Shown one piece after another: positions 1 through 13,900 of a DNA stretch of 64,000 nucleotides. The notes under the pieces were generated by a model, which was given only the letters and a program-made list of their open reading frames with translations, ran no database searches and was not told the DNA's origin. This stretch comes from Rhizophagus irregularis (lineage: Eukaryota), in the NCBI RefSeq assembly GCF_026210795.1, contig NC_089430.1:682001-746000 (forward strand), read 5' to 3'. The position numbers and the translations under genes were made by a program. Every line of letters starts with the position of its first letter. The stretch's first letter is position 1.

Positions 1-48
1 ATAATAAATTTTAGAGTAGAATATGAAATAATAAAAACTAAAGAATTT

Positions 49-804
49 ATGAAATTTTACAAAACTATTGAAGAATTAGATGACAAAGGAATAGAAGAAG
101 AGTTAAGAATATGGCATTATATGTATACAATAGAATGTCCAATGTGTAACAAAATAATATTAAAGAAAGAAGCAATAAAAGCGGTAGAATATAATAAAGA
201 ATTTATAGAAAGAATATGTAAAAGTTGTTATGAAAAAGAATTAGAAAATGTAGAAGATGAGAATGAATTAGATGATGAAACAGAAATAGAGAAAAAATTA
301 GAACAGTTAAAAAATCTAATCAAAATTTTAGAAATTTAAGTTTCTGATGGAGAATTATTAAGATTAATAAGTATGGGATATAGAGATGTTGATATATTAA
401 GTGCAGACTTTATAAGAAAATTTCAAGAATATAAAAATGAAACAGAAAAAGAAATAAGGAAAATATTAGATGAATATTTAAAGAAATTTGAAATTGAAGA
501 AAGTGAAGAAGAAGTTGAAAAAGAAAATGATGATACAAATGATTCAGAAAAGATTGGAGAAATATTAGATCCAGAAGAACATGAGATTTGGGAAGAAAAT
601 ACTGAAAGTTTTGATGAGAATGAATTTGAGAGCGAAAATGAAAATGTTATAAATACAGAAGGTTTTAGTTTAAGTCAAAATTCAGACTTGAATAATTCAT
701 TGAATATTGAAGATTCTGATAGTGAAAGTGAAATATCTGATTATAATTTACAAGATTTATTTCAAGAAAATTTATTATTAAACATGGCAACATACGTTAT
801 TTAA
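49..804 (+). pseudogene. Acidic ORF with CxxC...CxxC motif at the 5'/gag side of the Gypsy element, interrupted by an in-frame TAA
   Basis: ORFs 49-339 and 373-804 share a frame and are separated by one TAA (337-339). Motifs are CPMC and CKSC. The ORF runs into LTR-derived sequence at 785. Confidence 0.55.
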
Positions 805-849
805 TTTTAATATCCTATGGGTGGCGTGTCACATTTTTGGTGCATGCTC

Positions 850-1930
850 CGAGAATTATCAGCACATTTTGGGATTCAAGCTACATATGAAAAAGTAAAA
901 GAAAAATATTGGTGGAAGAATATGAAACGAGATGTAGAAAAATATGTAAAAAGTTGTGATAATTGCCAAAGAAGAAATAATCCACAAGGGTTACATGAAT
1001 TACATCCAATAGAAGTAAAAGAACCTTTTCATATGATTGGGATAGATGTGATAGGACCATTACCAAGAACAGAAGAAGGAAATAAATATATAGTAGTAGC
1101 AATAGATTTCTTTACGAAATGGCCAGAAGCAAAAGCAATAAAAGAAGCGAATGCAAAAGAAATATCAAAATTCATTTATGAAGAAATAATTTGTCGACAT
1201 GGTCACATGGATGTCCAAAGAAAATACTTACAGATAATGGATCAGAATTTAATAATCAATTAACTAAAAATCTTACCAAAAAATTTAATGTTCAACATAA
1301 ATTCTCAACTCCTTATCACCCTAAAACAAATGGATTAGTAGAACAATTTAATAAAACATTAATAGAATCATTGGCAAAATTAGTAAAAGAAAAATTAACG
1401 ATATATAGAAATAGAGAATATGAAGATAAAAATTGGGATCAAAGAATAGCACCAATATTGTTTGCATATAGAAGTAAAATACAGAAATCAAGTAAAATGA
1501 CACCATTTTATTTGACTTATGGAAGAAGAGTAATAATACCAAATGATGAAGAAGTTAAAGGAATTACAATGATTAAAAGAATAGAACATATAATAGAAGA
1601 ATTACCAATAAAAAGACATGAAGCAAAGAAGAATATTGAAAAAGCACAAGAACAACAAAAGAAATATCATGACAAAATTGGAAAACAAAAACAAAATTTT
1701 CAAATAGGAGATAAAGTATTATACTTTGATGCAGCAAAATACAAAACACATACAGGAAAACTAGAAGAAAAATGGAAGGGACCATATTATATACATGAAG
1801 TAATAATAAATGAATCGTACAAAATTAAAGAATTAAATGGAAGAATTTTAAGAAGACCACTCAGTGAATGGAGAATTATTAAAAGAATACTTTGATAGAG
1901 AAATATTTGAACCATATATAATAATATAAT
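850..1930 (+). pseudogene. Ty3/Gypsy integrase (HHCC zinc finger, rve core, GPY/F module), frameshifted
   Basis: Motifs SAHFG..YWW..CDNCQ, IGIDVIGPLP, DFFTKWPEA, TDNGSEF, PYHPKTNGLVE, TPFYLTYGR and WKGPYYI. There is a frameshift at a small duplication (catggtcacatgga, ~1198-1211) and another near 1860. Confidence 0.92.
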
Positions 1931-1993
1931 ATGTTTGAGACCCGAATTCAATTCTTAATTTATGGGACATAAATTTTTCAAGAGGAGGATAAA

Positions 1994-2382
1994 TGTAATA
2001 ACCGAAAACACAATAAAATAGAATAAGGATAAATAATTAGCCGAAGGATAAATAATTAACTGATGGGTAAATAATTAGTCAATAAAATTATATTTATAGT
2101 TTAGTTTAGTGTAACGAGATAGTCATATGATAATAGATCTTCAAATTTTATTAGAAAAGATAGTAAATATTAGAAATATTTTTTTTAAAATATATAAATA
2201 CAAGTGGATTTCGATAGGAAATTCAGTAGTCAATTTTTGGCTCAATAAAAATAATATTAAAATATTAATTATTAAAATTTATTCAAATATGAATATACTC
2301 ATTTATAGATATTATTCGAACTCAACACGTCGGTGGCAACATACGTTATTTAATTTTAATATCCTATGGGCGGCGTGTCACA
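1994..2382 (+). repeat. 3' LTR (~389 bp)
   Basis: Starts TGTAA immediately after the PPT and ends GTGTCACA. Its last ~49 bp recur at 785-833 followed by a PBS-like motif. Confidence 0.8.
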
Positions 2383-4369
2383 CCCCATATTACCATATAC
2401 TTATTTATATATTTACTTGGAGCTACGCCAATATCGGTGTATAGCAGATCAATTCTATGAAGAAATTGTTTTTTTTCCATACAGAGTAAGTTATAAAAAT
2501 AATGAAAAAAACTTCCAAAGAGATTGTAGAAATCATTCAAAATTTTTCATAAAGAAATTCTTTGTCCAACGTGAATAAATTATAAATAATTAAACTTCCT
2601 GCGTAAAAAACATAAAAAAATTTTTGCAATTCTTATCAAAAAAGTTTTTTTATCAACAATGAATGGTCGTAAGAACTGGTCATTAGCGCCATATCATAGT
2701 ATCATACCAATATTAAGCATAATAACATAATGATTTCATTAGAAATCTAATTATATTTTGGCCAAAAAATGATTAAACGATTTAATTTTTTTTATTTGAT
2801 AAAATTATATTTGTTACAATTTACTATAATCATTTGATTTTTAGGAATTGTTTTTAAATCTAAATTGTAGTGTAGCGATACTACAATCGATTTATTTTTT
2901 TAAAAATTTCTTTTTTGTGGGCAAAATACACATACCAATATATCAACTTTTTTTTATACGTTTTTAAAATCTAAATTTGTAGTGTAGCAATAAAGTTGTT
3001 ATACTACAAACGATTTAATTTTTTTAAATTCTTGCTTAAATTTGTATTATTTAATTTTCATTTTTTTTCAAAATATTCCGTCATATCATTACACTTCATT
3101 TGTCACACATGCTTGAATTATTTTTTTTCCATCAGTTATACTTCGCATACTTCATATTTCGATCACGTTACCAAATTGGTTTGAATTAATTTGTGACTTT
3201 TACCCTTTTGTTCTTCAATCATTTTTTAGGATAAGTTAGTCTTAAATTTTATTTGGCTCATTTATTTATTTTACTTTTATTTTTATTTTTATTTTATTAA
3301 TTAATAAATTACAAGTTTTGAGCAGAATTTTAACATATGAGAAACTTTGAAGTGAAATTTTCAGCTGAAATGAGTGTGACGCTGTTTTTAGATTTTTATA
3401 TTATTTTCTGTTTTTACAAAACATTCAACAGTTCATTAGATTCGAGTTGAAAAGGTAAGTTTTAGATTTTTGAGAGGTTATCTTTTTTTTTAATTAACTT
3501 ATTTTTAGGGATGAAGAAATGGTGCTATTGCTTAAGATAATGTACATTGACTTTATTTTTTGCAATATTATCTAATAAAAGGGTTATCTTTAATACGAAA
3601 AACTATTGTATTTTGCAATGTATAAAAAAAAAAAAAAGTTTGGTTATTTTCATTCTCAATAATTTTTGTATTAACTATGAAAAATAAAGAAACATTTTCA
3701 AACCATTTAGAATTGTTTTAACGAGATCAAATTTCTAATTTTCTTTAATGGACCACGTCAAATTGTCAGAAGAATCAATAATATTCCTGATATTTTTTCC
3801 TTAAAATTATTTACAGAATCCATCCATTATTCGTTTTTGAACAATTATTTTGTATTCACACTTAAAATAAATGTTCAGATTTTTAAACCCTATAAAAAAT
3901 ATGATATCGTATTTTAGTATGCAATAATTATTACTACTTTAGATGGAACACAAATAGCATAGGACTTCTAAGTTCAACACAAAATCATCATGCAACATTC
4001 ATCCAAGGTCAATGATCTTTGTTTTGAACATTATAAAATTTCACTTTAAATTATTGGCTAAAAATGAAAAAAATTGTCCATTCATTCTTTGTAAATGAGT
4101 AAATGAAGAAACATAATAAAAGATTTATTGATTTATTATTTTAATAAAAACGATCCTTTATAGAAGGAAAAAAAGGTTAATTATTTATGTATCTATTTGA
4201 ACTTAAAATATTTTGTCGTAAATATACTCATTCACTACATCGTGTTACATACTAGGAACATAAATTATAGTTCAGGATACATGTGACTGCGATTATCTGA
4301 AATGGAAATAAACAAAGCAAAAGTGTACGTAATTCAGAGAATCATTCAAAAAAAGGAAATGGTTGAAAG

Positions 4370-6172
4370 TAGTGCTCCGAAAAAAATCTGATCTGATCTG
4401 GGATCCGCAGATTTGATCCGAGCCAGATCGGTTCGGTTTTCAAAATTTTGATCCATAGATCAGATCGGATTTAAAAAAAATCTGATCTGATCAGATTCAG
4501 ATCGGATCAGATCAAACACGAGAAAATCTGATCTGATCTGAACAGATTTCGGATCAGATTTTTTTTTTAAATTTTTAAAAAAAATTCATTTTTTTTTTAA
4601 AAACCCTTTCCTGGATGAACGGACGCCGGACGACCAAGATTTAAAAGAACTAACTAGGTAAGTTCATTTCTTTTTTTTTGTTATTTTTACTTGAGGGAAC
4701 TTAATTAACGGTTCCCTTCTTTTTATTAGGAAGCCTGGACGAACGAAGCCTAACGACCAGGATTTAAAAAAAAAAGAACGAACCTATGGTGAGTTCGTTC
4801 TTTTTTTAAGTTTTTTTTTTATTTTTACTTAAGGGAACGTAATTAACGTTCCCTTTCTTTTTTTTAGGAAACCTGGACGTGGACGAAGCCATTAACGACC
4901 AGGATTTAAAAAGAACGAACTATGGTAAGTTCATTTCTTTTTTTAAGTTTTTTTTTTTAATTTACTTAAGGGAACGTAATTAACGTTCCCTTTCTTTTTT
5001 TTTTAGGAAACCTAGACGTGGACGAAGCCATTAATGTCCAGGATTTAAAAAAAGAACGAACTATGGTAAGTTCATTTCTTTTTTTAAGTTTTTTTTTTTA
5101 TTTTTACTTAAGGGAACGTAATTAACGTTCCCTTTCTTTTTTTTAGGAAACCTGGACGTGGACGAAGCCATTAATGACCAGGATTTAAAAAAAGAACGAA
5201 CTATGGTAAGTTCATTTCTTTTTTTAAGTTTTTTTTTTTATTTTTACTTAAGGGAACGTAATTAACATTCCCTTTCTTTTTTTTTAGAAAACCTGGACGT
5301 GGACGAAGTCGTTAATGACCAGGATTTAAAAAAAGAATGAACTATGGTAAGTTCGTTTCTTTTTTAAGTTTTTTTTTTTAATTTACTTAAGGGAACATAA
5401 TTAACGTTCCCTTTCTTTTTTTTTTAGGAAACCTGGACGTGGACGAAGCCATTAACGACCAGGATTTAAAAAAAGAACGAACTATGGTAAGTTCATTTCT
5501 TTTTTTAAGTTTTTTTTTTTAATTTACTTAAGGAAACGTAATTAACGTTCCCTTTCTTTTTTTAGGAAACCTGGACGTGGACGAAGCCATTAACGACCAG
5601 GATTTAAAAAGAACGAACTATGGTAAGTTCATTTCTTTTTTTAAGTTTTTTTTTTTATTTTTACTTAAGGGAACATAATTAACGTTCCCTTTCTTTTTTT
5701 TTAGGAAACCTGGACGAACGAAGTCGTTAAGACGTTAACGACCAGGATTTAAAAAAAAAGAACGAACTATGGTAAGTTTGTTTCTTTTTTTAGGTTTTTT
5801 TTTATTTTTACTTAAGGGAACGTAATTAACGTTCCCTTTCTTTTATTTTTAGGAAACCTGGACGCGAGACGAAGCTGAACGACCAGGATTTAAAAGAACG
5901 AACTATGGTAAGTTCGTTTTTTTATTTTTTATTTTATTTTTTTTTACTTTAAGGAACGTAATTAACGTTCCCTTTCCTTTTTTAGTACAAGGACCAGATC
6001 CGAACCAGATTCGGATCAGATTCAAATCGGATTCAAATGGATCCGAACCAGATTCGGATCAAATTGAACCAGATCTGATCAGATTCGGATCAGATCAGAT
6101 CTATTAAAATAAAAATCAGATCGGATCAGATTTAAGCTAAATCCGGTCTGAACCGATCTGTTAGGAGCACTA
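4370..6172. mobile_element. Non-autonomous hAT-type DNA transposon (~1.8 kb)
   Basis: TIR TAGTGCTCC...GGAGCACTA with a perfect 8-bp TSD GTTGAAAG (4362-4369 / 6173-6180). GATCAGATC/GATCTGATC subterminal motifs occur at both ends. Confidence 0.9.
4605..5990 (+). repeat. ~140-bp tandem array (~10 units) of exon+intron-like modules inside the hAT element
   Basis: Each unit reads TTTTTTAG|GAAACCTGGACG...GAACTATG|GTAAGT, followed by a T-tract and the palindrome GGGAACGTAATTAACGTTCCC. Confidence 0.9.
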
Positions 6173-6600
6173 GTTGAAAGTGATGCAAAAATTTTAACGC
6201 CCATCTCTACAAAAAAAAATTTATTTATTTATTTATTTATTTATTTTTGCCTTTCACTAAAAGGTCTGAAAATTATTTACTGCTACACTAGTGGCGTGAT
6301 TATTTTATGAAGAATTTAACTTGGGAATTTTTTCTATACAGAAATTCTTGGTATGGAATGAATAAAATATAAATAATTAAAAAAAAAATTCTTACTTTCA
6401 AAACTTTTGTAATCTCTTTTCAAAAAAAGTATTTTTTTGTTGTCAATTTTATTATTAAGAACTAGAATATGCGATTTGCCAGGAGACTTCGTCCCCCAAA
6501 TATAACATTTATAATTAAAAAAATTCTTTGATATAAATAAATTGAATTGTATGTAAAATCACTAAAATATTACTGAATAATAAAATTTATTATAATTAGA

Positions 6601-6720
6601 TCCTATAAAAAATCATGTTTTTAATAAGGTTTTATACAATTTTTTCTTAAAAATAATATTTCTAATCTATATAGGAATACAGAAAATGCACAATTCCATA
6701 TTACAAAATGCATCATTTGC
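6601..6720 (+). mobile_element. Degenerate (C)CCTATAAAAAA-type transposon terminus
   Basis: Inverted homology to 45870-45981, e.g. AAAATGCACAATTCC vs GGAATTGTGCATTTT. Confidence 0.5.
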
Positions 6721-7039
6721 ATGATTTGACCATAATTTATGCTGAATTTATATTGATTTGATCACAGAAATTACATACTTTAAGCATAGAATTTACATGA
6801 TTTGGTTAATGAATTTACTACTTAAATTACAATTATTAATATTAGTTGCATTTATATGAATTTGATTTTAATAATATTTTATTAAATTATTAAATCAAAT
6901 ATAAAAATAAAAAAAAATCCTTAGTATCAATGTGATTATAATTAGCCAATAATATAAATTAATTCTTATGATTTAAAATAATGATGTAAGTTGTAATAAG
7001 TATTTTAAAGTTAATACAGCTACAAAAAAATGAAATCTT

Positions 7040-8708
7040 ATAAAAATTAATATTCAAGTAGAATCAACCCGCCTGAACAACTTTCAATTAATAAATAAAG
7101 TTGATTTCATTTGTCCAAAGTAGATATATTACGCTCTAAATTAAAAAAAAAACAGAAAAGAGAGTTAATATCATTAAGAAAAATGCAATTTTCTTTAAGC
7201 ACTACACCTACATTCATGAAAATTAATATTCAAGTGGTTTCAACCCACCTGAACAATTTTTAATTAATAAATGAAGTTGATTTCATTTGTCCAAAATAGA
7301 GATATTACGCTCTAAATTAAAAAAAAAACAGAAAAGAGAGTTAATATCATCAAGAAAATGCAATTTTCTCTAAGTACTACACCTACATTCATGAAAATTA
7401 ATATTCAAGTAGAATCAACCCACCTGAACAACATTCAATTAATAAATAAAGTTGATTTCATTTGTCCAAAGTGGATATATTACGCTCTAAATTAAAAAAA
7501 CAGAAAAGATAAAGAGTTAATATCATCAAGAAAAATGCAATCTTCTTTAAGCACTACACCTATATTCATGAAAATTAATATTCAAGTAGAATCAACCCAC
7601 CCGAACAACTTTCAATTAATAAATGAAGTTGATTTCATTTGTCCAAAGTGGAGATATTACGCTCTAAATTCAAAAAAAAACAGAAAAGAGAGTTAATATC
7701 ATCAAGAAAAATGCAATCTTCTCTAAGCACTACATCTACATTTATGAAAATTAATATTCAAGTGCTTTTAACCCACCTGAACAACATTCAATTAATAAAT
7801 AAAGTTGATTTCATTTGTCCAAAGTGGATATATTACGCTCTAAATTAAAAAAACAGAAAAGATAAAGAGTTAATATCATCAAGAAAAATGCAATCTTCTC
7901 TAAGCACTACACCTATATTCATGAAAATTAATATTCAAGTAGAATCAACCCACCCGAACAACTTTCAATTAATAAATGAAGTTGATTTTATTTGTCCAAA
8001 GTGGAGATATTACGCTCTAAATTAAAAAAAAATAGAAAAGAGAGTTAATATCATCAAGAAAAATGCAATCTTCTCTAAGCACTATACCTATGTTCGTGAA
8101 AATTAATATTCAAGCAGAATCAACCCACCTGAACAACTTTCAATTAATAAATGAGGTTGATTTCATTTGTCCAAAGTGGAGATATTACGCTCTAATTAAA
8201 AAAAAAACAGAAAAAAGAGATATCATCAAGAAAAATGCAATCTTCTCTAAGTACTACATCTATATTCATGAAAATTAATATTCAAGCAGAATCAACCCAC
8301 CTGAACAACTTTCAATTAATAAATGAAGTTGATTTCATTTGTCCAAAGTGGAGATATTACGCTCTAAATTAAAAAAACAGAAAAGAGAGTTAATATCATC
8401 AAGAAAAATGCAATCTTCTCTAAGCACTACACCTATATTCATGAAAATTAATATTCAAGTAGAATCAACCCACCTGAACAACTTTCAATTAATAAATGAA
8501 GTTGATTTCATTTGTCCAAAGTGGAGATATTACGCTCTAAATTCAAAAAAAAACAGAAAAGAGAGTTAATATCATCAAGAAAAATGCAATCTTCTCTAAG
8601 CACTACATCTACATTCATGAAAATTAATATTCAAGTGCTTTTAACCCACCTGAACAACTTTCAATTAATAAATAAAGTTGATTTCATTTGTCCAAAGTGG
8701 AGATTATA
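7040..8708 (-). repeat. ~175-bp tandem array (~10 units) with minus-strand exon/intron signals
   Basis: Repeated AAAATTAATATTCAAG...TTGTCCAAAGTGGAGATATTACGCTCTAAATT unit. The minus strand shows TTAAC, a T-tract and TTTAG, then a 63-nt segment, then CAG|GTGGGT. Confidence 0.9.
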
Positions 8709-8958
8709 GTGTGTTTGGAAAAAGAAGTTTAATTTAAAAAAATTTTATATAAAAAAAAATGTAATATAAAAATTAAGAACTGAGTTGACAAAAATTTGAA
8801 ATAACATGAATTTTAAATTAATTCTTTCATTAATTATAAATTCAAGTAGTTTAAAAATAAAAATAGTAAAAAAAAATATTTTTTATGAAATATCACAGTA
8901 TTTTTTAAAAGAAATACACTTATAATTTTAGTTTGTAATTATGTAATATCCAAATATT

Positions 8959-9409
8959 TATTGCCGTTTTCAGAAATGTTGACATTAGAATGTCGATCAT
9001 TTCTATAAATCGAACACACCGAACACACACTGAACACGGCAATTAAAATTAAAAAAAAACAAATTTTCCTTTAAAAAAAGCAAAATTAAAACTTTAGTAA
9101 TATATTTTTAGGTAGTGTGCATAAAAAAATGTATAAAAATTATATTATTTGCATATATGTATTCACTTGTATTTGCTTGTATTTGCCAATGTTCGGTGTG
9201 TTTGGTGTGTTCGTTTGTGTTCGGTGTGTGTTCGGTACAAATTTTCATATTTTCAATTTTATTCATATCTAAAAAGTGACAAAAATAGTTTTTATATAAA
9301 GTTATGCATGAATACTTCAAGTTTGCATAATTTTTTGTATGTGTTCACGGTGTGTTCAGTATAAAATGGTCAAAATTTCAGATTGTCAACATTTCTGAAA
9401 ATGGCAATA
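8959..9409. mobile_element. MITE with ~25-bp TIRs
   Basis: TATTGCCGTTTTCAGAAATGTTGACA ... TGTCAACATTTCTGAAAATGGCAATA, with inverted internal CGAACACAC/GTGTGTTCG repeats. Confidence 0.75.
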
Positions 9410-10700
9410 ATCTTACAAATAGAAAAAAATGTAAAAAAAATTTTATGATGTTTTTATAAAAAAAGAAAAAATTTTAAATTTTGAAAAAAAATTTCGTCTA
9501 ACACTTTTTTAATTGATTATCACAAGATCTGCATGATCATCTATACGTTTTTAATTTTTTTAACTTTATTTATTTCTTAAATAAGGGGGACCTCGTCCCA
9601 CAAGCATATCATTTGTTCATATATGCCAATTTTTGGAATTAGCACTTTTTGATTCTAAAAAACAAACTTTACCAAATTACTGGTTGCACAAAATAATAAT
9701 CTATGAATAAAATTGTTAATCATATTTTTTTTAATACACCATTATTAAAATTTAAATAATCATTATAAAATTCTTGGAACAAAATTGCAAATAACTTGAT
9801 GTCTATGTAAGATAAATGGATGAATTTATATTCATCCAAAAGAGAAAATTAAGACCTATCTAATGAATCTAAAAACAAATGAATTGATTCACTGGTTGCT
9901 GAGCAAATGCATTCAATATATATTTTTTTTTAATTTTTATCTTTGATTGTTGATATCACCATGCCTAGTAATGCTAAAATAAAGTACATTCTTACCTTTC
10001 AAATGAGTTTAAAATTATTTGATTAGCATATGTGAATGGCAAGATATTAATGAACTTGTTAATTGCATAAACTGACATAAAGTTATCATTTCTTATCAAA
10101 AAAAAATTTAGAATCTTATTAACTTAAAAAAAATAAAAAATCTTATATTATAGCTTATATTTTTAATATTTTATATAAAAAAAAGTAGGGAACTGAAGTT
10201 AAAACAAATAAAAAATAATTTTTTCTTATGAATAATAATTTTTTTTTTACTTACTGTTTAAAATAACCACTTTATATATTTATTAATTTTTTTTAACAAA
10301 AAAGTGATTGAAAAGTGATTGAAAAAAAGAATTGGTTATTATCTTTATTTTTGAATATAATAAAAAAAATTTTTTTATTTTCTGATAAATTTGGATTATC
10401 TGAACATATAACACATATTTAATTTAGGTTTATAAAAGTTAAATCGATAAAATTTTATGAAAAATTTAATTTTGGGTTAACTTTACTAACTGAAAGTTTC
10501 TTGAAGTTAAATCAGATGACCTTTGATTAAATATGTATTAAATTTTTTGTGAAGTTTAAAAATTGATAAGTATTGAATAAAAAGTAAAATAATTCTACAA
10601 AAAATAATATAGCATTGAACAATACAATGAGCAATTCTTGAGTGAATAATGTTCAGTAAATGTCAATAATCAGTAAATAATATTATTTTGCGTATTGTTT

Positions 10701-10930
10701 AAAGCTCCTGGCCAAATGGTTCCAATTTTTATTTTTTTTGATAATGTGTCAAAATAACTCACCATCTATCGATGCTAAAATGATGATTTTGGCATCATTT
10801 GAAAGCTCTCAATAAGAGGATTCTAATGAGCTCTTAATCGTCTTTCTACGATCACTGGATGGTGAGTTATTACGTGAAAACGATTCTGACCAATTAAAAA
10901 AAATTGAAAATTGGAACTGTTCGGAGCTTT
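10701..10930. mobile_element. Degenerate palindromic MITE
   Basis: AAAGCTCC..GTTCCAATTTT ... AAAATTGGAAC..GGAGCTTT ends and an inner inverted pair AATAACTCACCATC / GATGGTGAGTTATT. Confidence 0.6.
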
Positions 10931-13900
10931 TTTATTATTCAATGTTTTAATCATTGAAATGATCAACGCACTAGTATTATTGGTTTAATTTTTAATATAA
11001 AAATTATATTGTAATGGATAAAATAATTAAAACAATACAATATATCATTTTTATTTAATAAATTTTAGTAAAAACTTCATTATTTAATTAAATGTTAATT
11101 AAATTTAATTGTTTTTTCATTTTTTAATTTTTTTTTAATTTTTTTTATTTATCTCTTTGACGATGATCAAAGAAAAAAGATGATCAACAAAATTTTTTTT
11201 TACAAAAGTTTATTATTTGATAATTAAACTTAACAAGCAATAAGAGTATCACAGAAGTGCCCAATTTATGATTTTATTCTAATGATGTCAAAAGAAGCAA
11301 TATTTGCATATAGCAATATTTTTTGAAATATTAGCATTAAATAATGTATTACTATTGAAATTGCGAATATGCATATGCATATGCTGTTGCAATTGCATAT
11401 GCATATTTATATATATATAAATTTGAATTCTAAAGTTCACGTTGCACACTTCCAAATTTCTGAAAAAATACTTGAAGATCACACAACAAATACCAAATTA
11501 AGCGAAAAAGTACATTTATTTGGAAAGTGATCATCAATAACTATCACATTAAAAGTATACTATCGCGAATGACTTTCTTACAACATAAATCTTTCGTAAT
11601 TTCTGTTAATCGATACTCTCAAAAGATTGACGAATTTGTAGCGTAGCGATAAGTTGTCAAACGATTTTTTTTTAGTGGACGATATCATATTCGGTACACC
11701 TTACATTCATTAATTTATCGTTAAATAATTGCAAAGAAGAAATAAAATCGCATTAAAATTTCGATATACTCGATTAAATACGGCACATAATTAATTTTTT
11801 GAAACGAAACACACATTTTTTTTTTATACAACTATACTTTATTATGACTTCATATTATTTTAATTAATCAAATGTAAGATATAGTATAACTAATCAATTC
11901 GATCACATGACTATTAATTAAGATTTCTATTAAGGTTAATAACGTTAGGAATAGGGATTAAATTTTTAAATTTTGTTACTCAATGAGTAACCTATTTATT
12001 TATGTAATTTTTTTTAAATGTATCAGTATTACATGTACTAATAATAATGTAATAATAACTTACATTACAGTATAATATTTTTTTTTAATAATAAATCACA
12101 TAAAGACTTTTCTGAAGTATGCTTGTTATGAGATTTACCAAAATAACTCTTGGTTGTACCCACAGCTTCACACATCTTTTGTCAGGAAAAGGATAAAAAA
12201 ATAAAATTGAGTTATATTATCACATGAATATAAAAACTTTTAATTTGTATAAAAAACAATAATCATTTTTTAATTTGTAGAACAAGCTGCAAATACGCCT
12301 TTAAAAATTAATAAATTGTCAATTAAACTATTGAATCAAGATCGTAGATTGTTAAATAGTAACGTTGTATGATTATATTACAGAAAAAATTACTGTGTGT
12401 GTGAAATTAAAAGACCATAACAGAATGTACCATAAATTACTTGACGTATTGCATAAATTAATCTTGATAGAAATTAATAAGGCCATTCTATTAAAGAATT
12501 TTGTTTATTTTTTTTATTTGAGATGCGGGTTTTTTTCCATTTAAATTCCGCGAATATGTAACATATATATGAGGATCAAATTGCGGAATATTTTGTTATT
12601 TGGAATTACCGAAATGGCAGAATATTGTGATCCAACTTTTTGCCAATCATGTAACGGATTCTACGATACCCGGATAAAATTTTCTCTTTTATTAACAGTT
12701 AAGAAAATTTTTGTTTTTTCAAATAGTAATGCAGACATTAACTCATTTTTTGAACGCTTGATATCTAGTTTCTCTGCATCAAGATGGGCAGAGAAAGATA
12801 ATTAAAACAATTTTAAAAAGAAAATATATTGTAATTAAGATTTTTATGTTTGTACTTGCATATTACATTCGCCCATACAACAAAATTCCAACCTTAATAC
12901 CATTAACCTAATTCTAAAGATTCAGAATATAAATCTGGATACCATTTTTCTGGACGACGGCCGTGATGCTATATAAGTTCACAATACTTTAATGATAAAA
13001 ACAATTTTTAAACATCTATTTCATGGAAACAAACTAATTTCACGCAATTTTTAAAGATTAAAATTAACCATCTTGTTTCACAAGATTTATGGAAATATTT
13101 TTTTGCTCTTGATAACTTCCATCTCCTAGTTAATTGTAACTAATTTTAACTAATTGTAAAATTTTTACAAAATTTCGACAATAAAAGTGGAAAATATAAT
13201 ATGGTAAGCACGATATCTGGTATTTCATAACTAATGTATAATATTCTAATTCAGGATCTTTTGCAAAACTATAAATTATAATAAGATGAAAACACTGTTT
13301 ATACAAATATTATCACAATACATATCATATAATGAAAAAATTGTTAATTCATACACTGCAAAATTACCTATATTTATTAATTAAAATTTTTCATTTCAAA
13401 ACTAAATTATTGAATATGACCCCTACTCTCGCCATACTCTTTCACTTTCAAAAATCAAATTTGAAGTGTCCAACCCCTAATACTTCAAAATATAATAATA
13501 AATAATACATTCCTTAACATTACATAGTTAAATATTTTCTGGATGCTGCACAATTATAAGCCAGTCATCAAACGAAGAATAAGGAGAATAAAACAAAAAA
13601 AAAAAAGTTCATAAAAACTGTACAATTCTGCTCTATTAAATAAATAAAAAGATACATTTAAACTATATCTTCAGGAGTTTAACCCGTGCTTTCTAAAAAA
13701 ATATTTGGTAATTTAGATGAAAAAATGTGAGGAATAATAAATTCAGTATATACATAAATCAGTGCTTTTTTAGCCATACCCCTCATTTAGCCTTTAGGAA
13801 ATATCCAGTTAGGAAGTGAGAAATCAGCTGATTAGTTAATTTTAAAAATAAATATTAAAATTTGTACATATACAATCTAAAAGTTATTCCAATATTTTAT

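Larger units (their letters stand above)
1..2382 (+). mobile_element. Degenerate, internally rearranged Ty3/Gypsy LTR retrotransposon (truncated by window start)
   Basis: Integrase motifs, polypurine tract AAGAGGAGGATAAA (~1980-1993) and a TG...CA-bounded 3' LTR (1994-2382). An internal copy of the LTR end plus a PBS-like TGG motif lies at 785-858. Confidence 0.9.

Noticed and set aside
7639..8709. Repeated plus-strand ORFs (MSKVEILRSK.., MQSSLST..)
   Set aside because: These are by-products of the 175-bp repeat, with frames broken by variable A-runs.
12560..12975. Possible minus-strand gene remnant
   Set aside because: Several stops and no recognisable motif.
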